A DNA stretch of 64,000 bases from a virus. The notes beneath the pieces were generated by a model. That model did no database searches. It was not told the origin of the DNA and saw only the letters and a list, made by a program, of their open reading frames with translations. The stretch spans positions 2,176 to 66,175 of IMG/VR virus record IMGVR_UViG_3300012943_000029. The stretch is one strand, 5' to 3'. Of this stretch, positions 55,061-63,338 are shown one piece after another (position 1 is the stretch's first letter; each line of letters opens with the position of its first letter). The position numbers and the translations under genes were made by a program.

Positions 55061-55735
55061 TCATTTGTTTGCAGTTGCCTCCATGATACGGCCGACAGTC
55101 TCTGACATGTCTGTGCCGAACACGACCCCACAGTTTGTATCCTCAACCAGCTTGAGCACGACAGGAAGCGTATCGGCACCAGTGCCAACAAGCTCAAGCA
55201 TAACTCGTATCGAAGTATCGTCTACTTGCGGGTTAACATTTGCCACTTCAAGCACGCTAGACTTAGCGAGTGGAAACTTGAATGACATTTCGAAACACGA
55301 AAAAGTGACATGATCTTCATGAACAGTAAGCCCCTGAACTTTGAGCTGACTGTGGCTGAGAGATGGATCAACAAAAAATGGTACTGCATTAACAGATGAA
55401 AGGTCTTTGATGTGAACTTCACCGCTCGGTGGTGGCGGTGGCGCAGGGTCCGTTGCTACGGCCTCGGCGTCTGAAGGTGAAATTGCTACTGTGAGCTCAG
55501 CTGGTGCTTGATCTGTTGCAGTGGTCTGTGGAAGTTCTGGAGATGGTGGTGCATCGTAGTGATCCTTGACAGGCTCAGCGCACGAAGTTTCTTTGTAGGC
55601 ACGGAGAAGAACATGGTCATCACCCGAGGTCAGCTTATTGACTTGCGCGCCATACGAGCGCAGCAAGCTCTCAACTGCCTCTTGAAAGGCGGCCTGCTCA
55701 CATTCGGGAAGCTTTACGCTTATGACTATGCCCAT
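55061..55735 (-). CDS. hypothetical protein with Pro-rich linker
   Basis: 224-aa ORF in the operon. Confidence 0.7.
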   Translation of the reverse strand: MGIVISVKLPECEQAAFQEAVESLLRSYGAQVNKLTSGDDHVLLRAYKETSCAEPVKDHYDAPPSPELPQTTATDQAPAELTVAISPSDAEAVATDPAPPPPPSGEVHIKDLSSVNAVPFFVDPSLSHSQLKVQGLTVHEDHVTFSCFEMSFKFPLAKSSVLEVANVNPQVDDTSIRVMLELVGTGADTLPVVLKLVEDTNCGVVFGTDMSETVGRIMEATANK

Positions 55736-55738
55736 TTT

Positions 55739-56410
55739 TCAGATGTCCTTATAAAGCTTCTGGTAGAACTCGTCAATGCGAGCTAGCAGTTGGTCTACGT
55801 ATTTATTGAGGTCGACCCTAAATTCCTGCGGAAACCCGCCAGCCGATGTCATCAATATGACGCCATCTTCAATCTCGGTACCAAAAAGTTCATTATGCAT
55901 GATGCTGTAGGCACAGATCTGCAACCGGTAATCCTCAATGTCCTTCTGCGACTTGAGGCGCATAGAGGTCTTGAAGTCAATGATGCTTGGCTTACCGTCG
56001 TAGATGCCGACGCAGTCGATGCGGCCAGCCAGCTCTAGAAGATCGGAATAGAGTGAGACCTCTTGTCCCCACACCTCATCAACCTTCTTGAGCTTCATCT
56101 TGAGGGCATTGAAGCCAGACTTGTCAGCCTGAGAAAAGGTGTCGCCAGGCTGGTCGAGCGGCTGTTTGTTGAGGTAGCGCTCAGCAAGGAGGTGGACCAT
56201 GGTGCCGTTATGGGCGGCTGTGCGGGTGATCTCGTCGGCCTTGGTAGCGCCGAGAGAATTTTGCCAGCTCTTGAGCGCCTTGGCTTTCTCCTCAGGCATC
56301 GTGCCACCAAGAATGGTGGTGATGGATGGGTAGAATTTTCCAGACGGCGTTTCGTAGAACCGCATCCCCTTGAAGGGAACGGTATCAAGCTGCGGATATT
56401 CAAACTTCAT
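55739..56410 (-). CDS. PD-(D/E)xK exonuclease
   Basis: YPSITTIL, GTMVH, LAGRIDC, IIDFKTS, YRLQICAY. Confidence 0.9.
   Translation of the reverse strand: MKFEYPQLDTVPFKGMRFYETPSGKFYPSITTILGGTMPEEKAKALKSWQNSLGATKADEITRTAAHNGTMVHLLAERYLNKQPLDQPGDTFSQADKSGFNALKMKLKKVDEVWGQEVSLYSDLLELAGRIDCVGIYDGKPSIIDFKTSMRLKSQKDIEDYRLQICAYSIMHNELFGTEIEDGVILMTSAGGFPQEFRVDLNKYVDQLLARIDEFYQKLYKDI
55800..55806 (-). promoter_or_regulatory. possible intragenic late promoter ATAAATA
   Basis: 65 nt upstream of the 55735 start, inside the exonuclease 3' end. Confidence 0.35.
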
Positions 56411-56432
56411 CTGTATTATTTCTTATGTGGTG

Positions 56433-59400
56433 TCAGGTGTTTACTTTGAGCCTATCCTGCACGCGCGCCTTAATATGCGCCATGCGATTTAACGCCTCAA
56501 CCTCTGGAATTTTTGGGTTGATGTGTTCGGTGTTCTTGAGCAGCTCTACTATCTCACTTTCAGTCCAACCTTCTTTCGAAAGTTTTTCAATTTCGGATTT
56601 TGTAAGCTTAGCCTCATCGTCCGTGATATCACCGCCATTGATTTCTGCCATATTAACGAGGCGTTCCCAAGCACCTTCACTCAGCATGGATCCAATCAAT
56701 GTGAACTTTATCGCTTCAGCTGGTGCGGATGCGGCGGCGTTCACTGCTCCAGGCGCAAGCTTAGCGGCGTTCGTGAGAGCATCACGCGCCATCTTCTGCT
56801 TGGAAACAACTGAGCTGTTCTTGGCAGCGATCAGACCTGGTGAGTTGCGAGCCTGAAGTGTCTTAGCCTGATATGCGAACGAGCGGTTTGCCATGAGGTC
56901 AAAGCCCATCGTGATGAGCATGTCGCTGATGGCCTGAAGTGTTGGGTTCGGGAATGAAAGCTCGCCATCTTCAGCAAGCACCTGCTTGTGCAGTGAGACG
57001 CTCTCTTCTGTCTTCTCAACCTTCTTCTTTTTCTTCTTCTTTGGCTTATCGTCGCCACCATCATTGTCATCGCCGGCGACTTCCTCACCACCTTCTACCT
57101 CATCGGTATCAGCATCAGCATCAGCATCGGCTTCTTCGTCAGAGGTTTCATCACCGTCAGTCTCTTCGTCAGACGCCTCTTCCTCACCACCTTCCTCGTC
57201 AGAGGTGGTAGCATCGGCATCTTCGTCTTCATCCTCGTCGCCGCCCTTCTTTTTCTTGATCTGGCCGAAGTCGTCGCGCTCCTCGCCGTCATCAATCTCT
57301 TCGTCGTCGCCATCCTCGCCAGTTCCCTCACCATCAGGCGAGGCCTCACCGTCAGATGAAATGGCTGCGTCTAGTGGGATAGCGTTCTGAGCTTCTTCAC
57401 TGTCATTGTCATGCACGGTGAAGTCGAGACCGTCTTGCGTAGGGGTGTCGCCAGGCTGGCCGTCTACTGGGGTTCCCTCTGGGCCATTGAGGTCAGCCGG
57501 CCATTCGACGTCGACGATGTCAAACTTCTGAGCCAGCGTGTTGACGGCTGCCTCGATGTCATCTTCTTGGCCGAGGAGCTCACTCATGGCCTTCTCAAAT
57601 GCTTCTGCCTGCGAGGCGTTCACATAGACCTTTACAACCTTGCCAGTATCAGTCTCAAGACCGTAGGCAACGGTATCTACTTGATCATTGATCTCATGCG
57701 CCTTGTCGAGGTACTTGCTGACGTCCATCTGGTTGATGTTGTCGCCAACGTTCACATTGTTACGAAGCTGTTTGAACTCTACGTCGCCCTTGGCCTGCGC
57801 GGTATCATCCACGTCAGTGGCAAACTTCATGTCACCGACATGGGCCCAATCCTCATTCACTGACTTGATCAGTGAGTACCCGCCGCTTGGGGCTGGAAAC
57901 TTCGGTGGCTTGACGAAGTTGCGCTTACGCTTGATGATCTCCTTACCGCCCTGAAATAGGCGCTTTTCTGGAGGAGCTACATCACCAGCTGATGTGGTGG
58001 CGGAGCCGCCACCATCATCCTCGCTGACTGACTTGATTAGTACGAATGCCTCTTTCACTTCAGTATCTCCTTCGTCGAAGAGCGAGTTGATCGTTCTTCC
58101 ATAAAGCGCCAGCAACAGCTGGGCAGCGGTGCGGCTTGATAGAACCTTTGAGATGATCTCGTTGATCTCTTTCTTTGTTTCTGCAAACGCAGTAAGCGTG
58201 CGTGACATTACCTCTGGGGTGATGCCGACTTCCTTACCGGTCTTGAGCTTGAGCTTGTACTCGCCAGCTTCTTTCTTGAACTGACCAAGGATGTTGTCGA
58301 TCTCCTGGAGAGATCCTTTCAGGATCGACGCGATCTTTGTGCGGGCTGCTGGCACGCTCTTAATATCGAGGTGGTTGGCCAACGCGAGGGCAGTGGCCGA
58401 TACGTCAGACTTCTTGTAATGCTGTACGTAGCGGCGTGCCTGCGATGCGACGGCTAGTTCCTTTGCACCGATCAGCTCAGCAATGCGGATCTTGGCATCG
58501 CCAAACACACCACCTCTTGCCTCAAGCGGTGCGGTGCTGTCAGCAGTACGAACCATGCTTGAAATACCGCTGCGCACGCCGGCATTGAATGAGTTGATGG
58601 CAGTGAACACATCGCGGTCGACGATCTTGGTTTGGTTGCCAGTGATAGGGTCGCGAACGACAACACCCTCAACACCGATGTCCTCAGACGGGTGAAGCTC
58701 AGGGTCCTGAAGCACAGGCTTGATCTTGCGAACGAACCTATCGAGCAGCAGCTCTTTGATTGGCTGCTTGTACTGCTTCAAGATGATCTCATTGACGCGG
58801 TCACGCTCGTTCTTTGCTTCAGCGCGCTCGCCCTTTGGAACTGACGTGAGCGACATTTCCGCCACATCACCATTCGTCTTGTCAGAGAACGCTTTGTTTG
58901 ACTGCTCAAGGTAGCTCTTCAGCTTAGCGAGCTGCGCAAGAGCTTCTTTTGTATTGATGGTCGATGCCGAGATCGGCTTGACCTTGGTAAACTTCCAGTG
59001 AAGATCTTCGTCATGCATCTTGACTGAGTTGCCATCCTCTGACGAGGCGATCGCCGACTTTACGGTGATCTCTTTACCATCGAGGGCATCAGCCAGGTTT
59101 TGAACACGATCTTCTGGCGTACCATGAACACCACGAAGGATGACGATGTAGTTCTTTCCCTCGGCTCCATACACAACAGTATTTGGCTGGCGGCCGAAGA
59201 GAACCTCTATCTCAACCGCATCGCCCTGCTTGAGGTACTTGCGAATGGTAGGTTCGACCTTCTCTAGGGCGAGGTGCGCAGCTCTAAAGCCATTGTAGGC
59301 AGCAAGCGGCTTGTAGTCGCTGACATTGTAGAAGCGACTTGAGTGAGAGGACTTGCCCTCACGTGATGTGTACAGACCCTTGTCGTCTAGGCCGAACCAG

Positions 59401-59537
59401 AGGTTCGCCCCATCAAGCTTCTCAGTGATGATCTTGTCGTTGAGGGTCTCGACTGTGCGGATGAACTCCCTAACTGGGAGGTCCTCGATGTGCGAGATGC
59501 CTTCTGCCAAGATGATTGTCTTAAGAAGTTTGGTCAT
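56433..59537 (-). CDS. 1034-aa protein with N-terminal ATP-dependent ligase (covalent nucleotidyltransferase) fold, probably virion-internal
   Basis: TEKLDGAN (KxDG), EIEVLF, EGVVVRD and TKIVDR; long acidic linker; ILAE N-terminus; exact TATAAATA promoter. Confidence 0.7.
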   Translation of the reverse strand: MTKLLKTIILAEGISHIEDLPVREFIRTVETLNDKIITEKLDGANLWFGLDDKGLYTSREGKSSHSSRFYNVSDYKPLAAYNGFRAAHLALEKVEPTIRKYLKQGDAVEIEVLFGRQPNTVVYGAEGKNYIVILRGVHGTPEDRVQNLADALDGKEITVKSAIASSEDGNSVKMHDEDLHWKFTKVKPISASTINTKEALAQLAKLKSYLEQSNKAFSDKTNGDVAEMSLTSVPKGERAEAKNERDRVNEIILKQYKQPIKELLLDRFVRKIKPVLQDPELHPSEDIGVEGVVVRDPITGNQTKIVDRDVFTAINSFNAGVRSGISSMVRTADSTAPLEARGGVFGDAKIRIAELIGAKELAVASQARRYVQHYKKSDVSATALALANHLDIKSVPAARTKIASILKGSLQEIDNILGQFKKEAGEYKLKLKTGKEVGITPEVMSRTLTAFAETKKEINEIISKVLSSRTAAQLLLALYGRTINSLFDEGDTEVKEAFVLIKSVSEDDGGGSATTSAGDVAPPEKRLFQGGKEIIKRKRNFVKPPKFPAPSGGYSLIKSVNEDWAHVGDMKFATDVDDTAQAKGDVEFKQLRNNVNVGDNINQMDVSKYLDKAHEINDQVDTVAYGLETDTGKVVKVYVNASQAEAFEKAMSELLGQEDDIEAAVNTLAQKFDIVDVEWPADLNGPEGTPVDGQPGDTPTQDGLDFTVHDNDSEEAQNAIPLDAAISSDGEASPDGEGTGEDGDDEEIDDGEERDDFGQIKKKKGGDEDEDEDADATTSDEEGGEEEASDEETDGDETSDEEADADADADTDEVEGGEEVAGDDNDGGDDKPKKKKKKKVEKTEESVSLHKQVLAEDGELSFPNPTLQAISDMLITMGFDLMANRSFAYQAKTLQARNSPGLIAAKNSSVVSKQKMARDALTNAAKLAPGAVNAAASAPAEAIKFTLIGSMLSEGAWERLVNMAEINGGDITDDEAKLTKSEIEKLSKEGWTESEIVELLKNTEHINPKIPEVEALNRMAHIKARVQDRLKVNT

Positions 59538-59562
59538 GTTTCCGGTGCCCGTTTCAACAGAG

Positions 59563-59570
59563 TATTTATA
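59563..59570 (-). promoter_or_regulatory. late promoter TATAAATA (exact T4 consensus)
   Basis: 25 nt upstream of the ATG at 59537. Confidence 0.8.
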
Positions 59571-59595
59571 GCCTCAGGTCGCAGGGCAGGCACAG

Positions 59596-59623
59596 ATGGA
59601 GGGGCCCTTTCGAGCCCCTCCAT
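59596..59623. terminator. GC-rich hairpin, probable terminator of the primase-helicase operon
   Basis: ATGGAGGGGC/GCCCCTCCAT 10-bp stem; U tract weak. Confidence 0.55.
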
Positions 59624-59644
59624 ACGCTCAACAGGCGCTGGTGA

Positions 59645-59902
59645 TTAGCCTGCAGCCGCCTCAGCAGCTGGAGCTGCCGGTGCTGCCTTCTCGGCGAGCT
59701 CCTTCGCTACAGTCTGTGAGAGCTCGGCGTCGAGGGCGCGCAGGGCGGCCTCAGTCTTGGCGATTGCCAGGCGCTCGGCGGCCAGCTCATTGCGCCATTC
59801 CGTGTGGATGGCAACGAGGCGCTGTACGACCTCGCTGAACGTGCCGACTGGGTATTCGTTGCCATCTACAGTGATGGTCTTTGGGGCTTCTTGCTGCTGC
59901 AT
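59645..59902 (-). CDS. hypothetical coiled-coil protein
   Basis: 85 aa, SD AGGAG, ITVDGNEY N-terminus. Confidence 0.7.
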   Translation of the reverse strand: MQQQEAPKTITVDGNEYPVGTFSEVVQRLVAIHTEWRNELAAERLAIAKTEAALRALDAELSQTVAKELAEKAAPAAPAAEAAAG

Positions 59903-59918
59903 TATCGTCTCCTGTGGA

Positions 59919-61265
59919 TTACGTGTTCATCAAGTTGAGAACGCTATTGTTCTCTTTCGGTTTTTCAAACACTGTGCCTTCAGTGCTGAGAGTTGGTGTC
60001 GTCCTTCTCTTGAGGGACAAACCACCAGCCTTCGCCTTAACTGATTTGATCAGCAAGGAGATTGGATCCCAGCCCAAGAAGATGCGCTTGCCGGTTCCGG
60101 TGCCGTTTCTAACCTTGAGGATCTCAAAGTTGATCTCACCGGAGGCTCGCATTAGATCGTCCTGCTTGACGGCCACCGTGTAGTCGGATGTATTTATCTT
60201 GGAGATACCACCCTGAATATGCCGCTGGCTAAGCTTCTCTGCGTCAATGGCATCACGACCAAGCTGCGAGGCTGAGATCATGATGCAGTCATAGTCGAAA
60301 CCCAGGCTGCGGATTTCCTCAGTCACGAACTTGTCCTTGATGAACAGGTTGTCAGCTGAGATCTGGTGCGTGGTGCCCATGATGTCAACGTAGTCGACGA
60401 CGATGAAGTCTGGACGGAAGCCATGCTGCTGCTCAAGCTGCGTGATGTATGCACGAATGTGGTTGATGTTGGTGCGGTTCTCAGGCATGCGTTTGATAAA
60501 GAACTGACCCATTGTGCCGCTGGCGTTGTTGATCGACGCAACGACCTTCTCGAGTTCCTTGAGCAGGTTTTCCTGAGCGATGTGCGAGATCATGCTGTCA
60601 AGACGCTTCGACACAACGCCGTCGGCCATTTCAAGCGATATGTAGACGCCGTTCAACCCCTTCGAAAGAAGGTTGCGGGCGAGGTTCAACATCGTCATTG
60701 ACTTACCGCCACCCGAGTTGGCAGCAAAGAGGATCAGCTCTTGGCGACCAAGCCCGCCGCCGATGGCGTCGTCAAGCTCAGGCCAGCCAGTTGAGATCTT
60801 CGCCTCAGTAATGAGCGTCTTGCGAAGGCGCTCCTCTGGATCCTTGAAGTAGTCAATGCCGCTATCCTTCTGTAGGCTAACGGCGGTGGCGGCCTTGAAC
60901 AGCTCAAGGATCTTACCGAACTCTCCCTTCTGCAGGAGCTCGGCGCCCTGCTGAAGTGCCTCAACAGCTGCGCGGTCTTGGCAGAATTTTTCCACCTCAG
61001 TGGCAACGTATGCGACGTCGGCGCGCTCAATCTTGCCGCTGTCCTCGAGCACCGAGCCTGTCTCGGCTCGGATTGTCTGGATCTTTGGCACGTCCTTGTA
61101 CGTACTGAAGTACTCGGCCATGAACTTGACCGTCTTCTTCAGTGATGGGTCAAAGTAGGATGGCTTGAGAATTCCAGCGGTCAGCGCCATGAGATCGCGG
61201 TTGCCGGCGATAAGGCTAAGGACTAGGCGTTGCTTTTCCAGCTCCATTAGAAGTTCTTCCTCCAC
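59919..61265 (-). CDS. gp41: replicative DnaB-like helicase, gp41-like
   Basis: Walker A ANSGGGKS, YISLEM, IVVDYVD, ISASQLGR. Confidence 0.96.
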   Translation of the reverse strand: MEEELLMELEKQRLVLSLIAGNRDLMALTAGILKPSYFDPSLKKTVKFMAEYFSTYKDVPKIQTIRAETGSVLEDSGKIERADVAYVATEVEKFCQDRAAVEALQQGAELLQKGEFGKILELFKAATAVSLQKDSGIDYFKDPEERLRKTLITEAKISTGWPELDDAIGGGLGRQELILFAANSGGGKSMTMLNLARNLLSKGLNGVYISLEMADGVVSKRLDSMISHIAQENLLKELEKVVASINNASGTMGQFFIKRMPENRTNINHIRAYITQLEQQHGFRPDFIVVDYVDIMGTTHQISADNLFIKDKFVTEEIRSLGFDYDCIMISASQLGRDAIDAEKLSQRHIQGGISKINTSDYTVAVKQDDLMRASGEINFEILKVRNGTGTGKRIFLGWDPISLLIKSVKAKAGGLSLKRRTTPTLSTEGTVFEKPKENNSVLNLMNT

Positions 61266-61504
61266 GTAGCATGCTTCTCCACCTCTTCGCGTGTGGTGCT
61301 GGTTCTAACGCATGCATCGTCAAAGATGCTGTGAAGCACGTTCATTGTAAATCCAGAGGCATTACCTCCCCACACGCACCAGTCCAGTACCTCTAGCACC
61401 TGAAGCGGTGTAGGCTCATCGTCCCACTTCTCAATGAGTGGCTTCATGCTTGCGTCAAGCTGTCCATCCGGCGCTTCAAGCAAAAGCTGCTTCAGCTCAC
61501 TCAT
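61247..61504 (-). CDS. hypothetical protein
   Basis: 85 aa, coupled between primase and helicase. Confidence 0.65.
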   Translation of the reverse strand: MSELKQLLLEAPDGQLDASMKPLIEKWDDEPTPLQVLEVLDWCVWGGNASGFTMNVLHSIFDDACVRTSTTREEVEKHATWRKNF

Positions 61505-62526
61505 TTTCCAGCTCCACAGTGAATGTTGATAGCGATCTTTGCATAGTCGGCATCTTTAGGGATTGACTTGAAAAGCTCACGCGTTGTGTAGCAGAGGCCG
61601 AAGCGACGAACGCTTTCATTCAGGTCCTCTGTCCCATCTGGTGAGAAAGCGATCTCCCACCCATGTTCGATGACAGTCTCAGCGAGATGCTTCCCGTTGC
61701 TGTCTTTATCTATCACGAAAACAATCCTGCGGTTTGACTTAGACAGCAGGTCGATCTTAGCGTCGTTGAGGCGGCTGCCGAGAAGGGCCACACCATCAAC
61801 CATCATGGCATCAAACACACCCTCACAGACGAAGAGCGGTAGGTCAGAATAGCGAGTGAGCTCATCCATGTTGAACATCACTGCCTCGCGCCCGACAGGT
61901 GCGTTGTCGTAGCGGAGCTTCTCTTTAGGATCCGTGTGGCGCCCCTGCCAATAGATGAGGTTGCCGTTGCGGTAGTATGGAATGATGACGCGATTTATAA
62001 AGCGCTGCTCAAGTGAGAAGAACATCTGGTACTTTGAGATGTCAATCTTGCGGTCGAGCAGGTAGTCAACGAGCTTCTCTTGGTAGTCGAGGAACTCAGT
62101 GTGGCCTAGTGGAAAGCTTTTGGCTGGCAGCTTAATCGTCGGTGTTGTGGTGTTCACCTTCGTGAGCTTGCTTAGCGTGATCTTGTCGCTCTCACCCTTC
62201 TTGAAGAAGAGGGCGGTGTTGACTATTGGGCGAATGTCATCGTCATCAATGTCTAGCGCTCGAAGGATCGTCTTGAACTTGTTCGACATCTTACCGCTGA
62301 ACTCGGTGTAGCGGCTTGCAGTCGAGCAATTCCAGCAATTGTAAATTACCTGATCGTCTTCAAACTTGAAGCCACCTCGCACCTTGTAGTCGTTGCAAAG
62401 CGGACACTTGCCAACCCGCCAGCCTGTGCCGCTGGATTGCCAAGGAACTCGGGCCTCAATGAGGGATTGAAGGGTGGTTTTCTCGAACACGTTCTTGTTG
62501 TAGTCAGGCAAAAGAAAGGCCTGCAT
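61501..62526 (-). CDS. gp61: DNA primase, gp61-like
   Basis: Zn finger CPLC...CWNC, RVIIPYY, YWQGR, TOPRIM CEGVFD and DKD. Confidence 0.93.
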   Translation of the reverse strand: MQAFLLPDYNKNVFEKTTLQSLIEARVPWQSSGTGWRVGKCPLCNDYKVRGGFKFEDDQVIYNCWNCSTASRYTEFSGKMSNKFKTILRALDIDDDDIRPIVNTALFFKKGESDKITLSKLTKVNTTTPTIKLPAKSFPLGHTEFLDYQEKLVDYLLDRKIDISKYQMFFSLEQRFINRVIIPYYRNGNLIYWQGRHTDPKEKLRYDNAPVGREAVMFNMDELTRYSDLPLFVCEGVFDAMMVDGVALLGSRLNDAKIDLLSKSNRRIVFVIDKDSNGKHLAETVIEHGWEIAFSPDGTEDLNESVRRFGLCYTTRELFKSIPKDADYAKIAINIHCGAGK

Positions 62527-62536
62527 CAGCAGGCCT

Positions 62537-62565
62537 ATTCTAAGTCAGTAGCTGTCAGCTTAAAA
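62537..62565 (-). promoter_or_regulatory. sigma70-like promoter TTTTAA-17-TAGAAT
   Basis: -10 box 11 nt upstream of the primase ATG. Confidence 0.45.
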
Positions 62566-62571
62566 CTTGGT

Positions 62572-63198
62572 TCAGTGAGCGATCGTCTTTACGAGGACAG
62601 CCTGCGCGTAATCATTGGTCTCAGCGTCTTGACCCTCGGCACCGCCAGGTCCCTTGTTGTACGCCATCGCCAGTTGCGCCGCAGATGAGAAGCCGTACGT
62701 GTCGCGCAGGATCAGAAGGTACTTGCTGGCTATCGTCATGTTGAAGACGTCGTCCTCGATCAGCTTGGCTATCAGCTCATCGTCGGTGCGAGTGTGGAAC
62801 CTAAACTTTGTCCACAGTGCTGGCCATTTCTTCATGACGTCCCATGTGGCGCTCAGCTTGATCTGTGAAACACCGTAGTAGCGCTTCGTCGGTTTGAGCC
62901 CATACTCTTGACCAACCACGTTGTAGCGCTTGAGCGTTCCAGCATGGCTCTCTTGAAGGATGATGCCTTGAAGAAGCTGTGGGTGTTCGAGACCATCCTT
63001 GTTGGCGATGTCATACGCCATGCCAAGGAGCTGTGCCTGGGACGGGGTCGGGTCCTTCGGGTACTCGAAGGAGAACATCTGTGCTTCAGTGATGCTCTCT
63101 TTTGGTGGTGCGCTTTGCCCTTTAGCAGCGCTTGTGAAAACTCCACCAATGTACGCAACAATCGATAGTGCTAGCAACGCAAAGTGGCTTAGCTTCAT
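62572..63198 (-). CDS. lytic transglycosylase (SLT/lysozyme-like) with N-terminal signal peptide
   Basis: ILQES (catalytic Glu), YGVSQIK, IASKYL, AYNKGPG; hydrophobic N-terminus. Confidence 0.82.
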   Translation of the reverse strand: MKLSHFALLALSIVAYIGGVFTSAAKGQSAPPKESITEAQMFSFEYPKDPTPSQAQLLGMAYDIANKDGLEHPQLLQGIILQESHAGTLKRYNVVGQEYGLKPTKRYYGVSQIKLSATWDVMKKWPALWTKFRFHTRTDDELIAKLIEDDVFNMTIASKYLLILRDTYGFSSAAQLAMAYNKGPGGAEGQDAETNDYAQAVLVKTIAH

Positions 63199-63259
63199 TG
63201 GGTTTCTCCTTTCCTTGTGGGTTAGGTTGACTTACTGATGAGCTCCCAGCTCGTTGATT

Positions 63260-63288
63260 ATTCTATCAATCTGTCGCAGAAAAGTAAA
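63260..63288 (-). promoter_or_regulatory. sigma70-like promoter TTTACT-17-TAGAAT, extended -10
   Basis: Exact 17-nt spacer; TG upstream of the -10. Confidence 0.65.
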
Positions 63289-63323
63289 CGGGATCCCACT
63301 TAACATAATGTGGGATCCCGTTT
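63286..63323. terminator. perfect 14-bp inverted repeat; probable terminator or operator
   Basis: AAACGGGATCCCAC-TTAACATAAT-GTGGGATCCCGTTT, followed on the minus strand by ACTTTT. Confidence 0.65.
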
Positions 63324-63338
63324 GATCAGCGTGGCTGC

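Noticed and set aside
57060-57300. Microsatellite-like GCATCA/TCGTC repeats
   Set aside because: They simply encode the Asp/Glu/Ala-rich linker of the 1034-aa protein.
401-59589. GCAGGGCAG present in two intergenic regions (401-409 and 59581-59589)
   Set aside because: A 9-bp GC-rich match is expected by chance, with no consistent spacing to other elements.
15934-62526. Inteins or introns in gp46, gp47, helicase or primase
   Set aside because: Protein lengths and motif spacing are normal, with no homing-endonuclease or splicing motifs.
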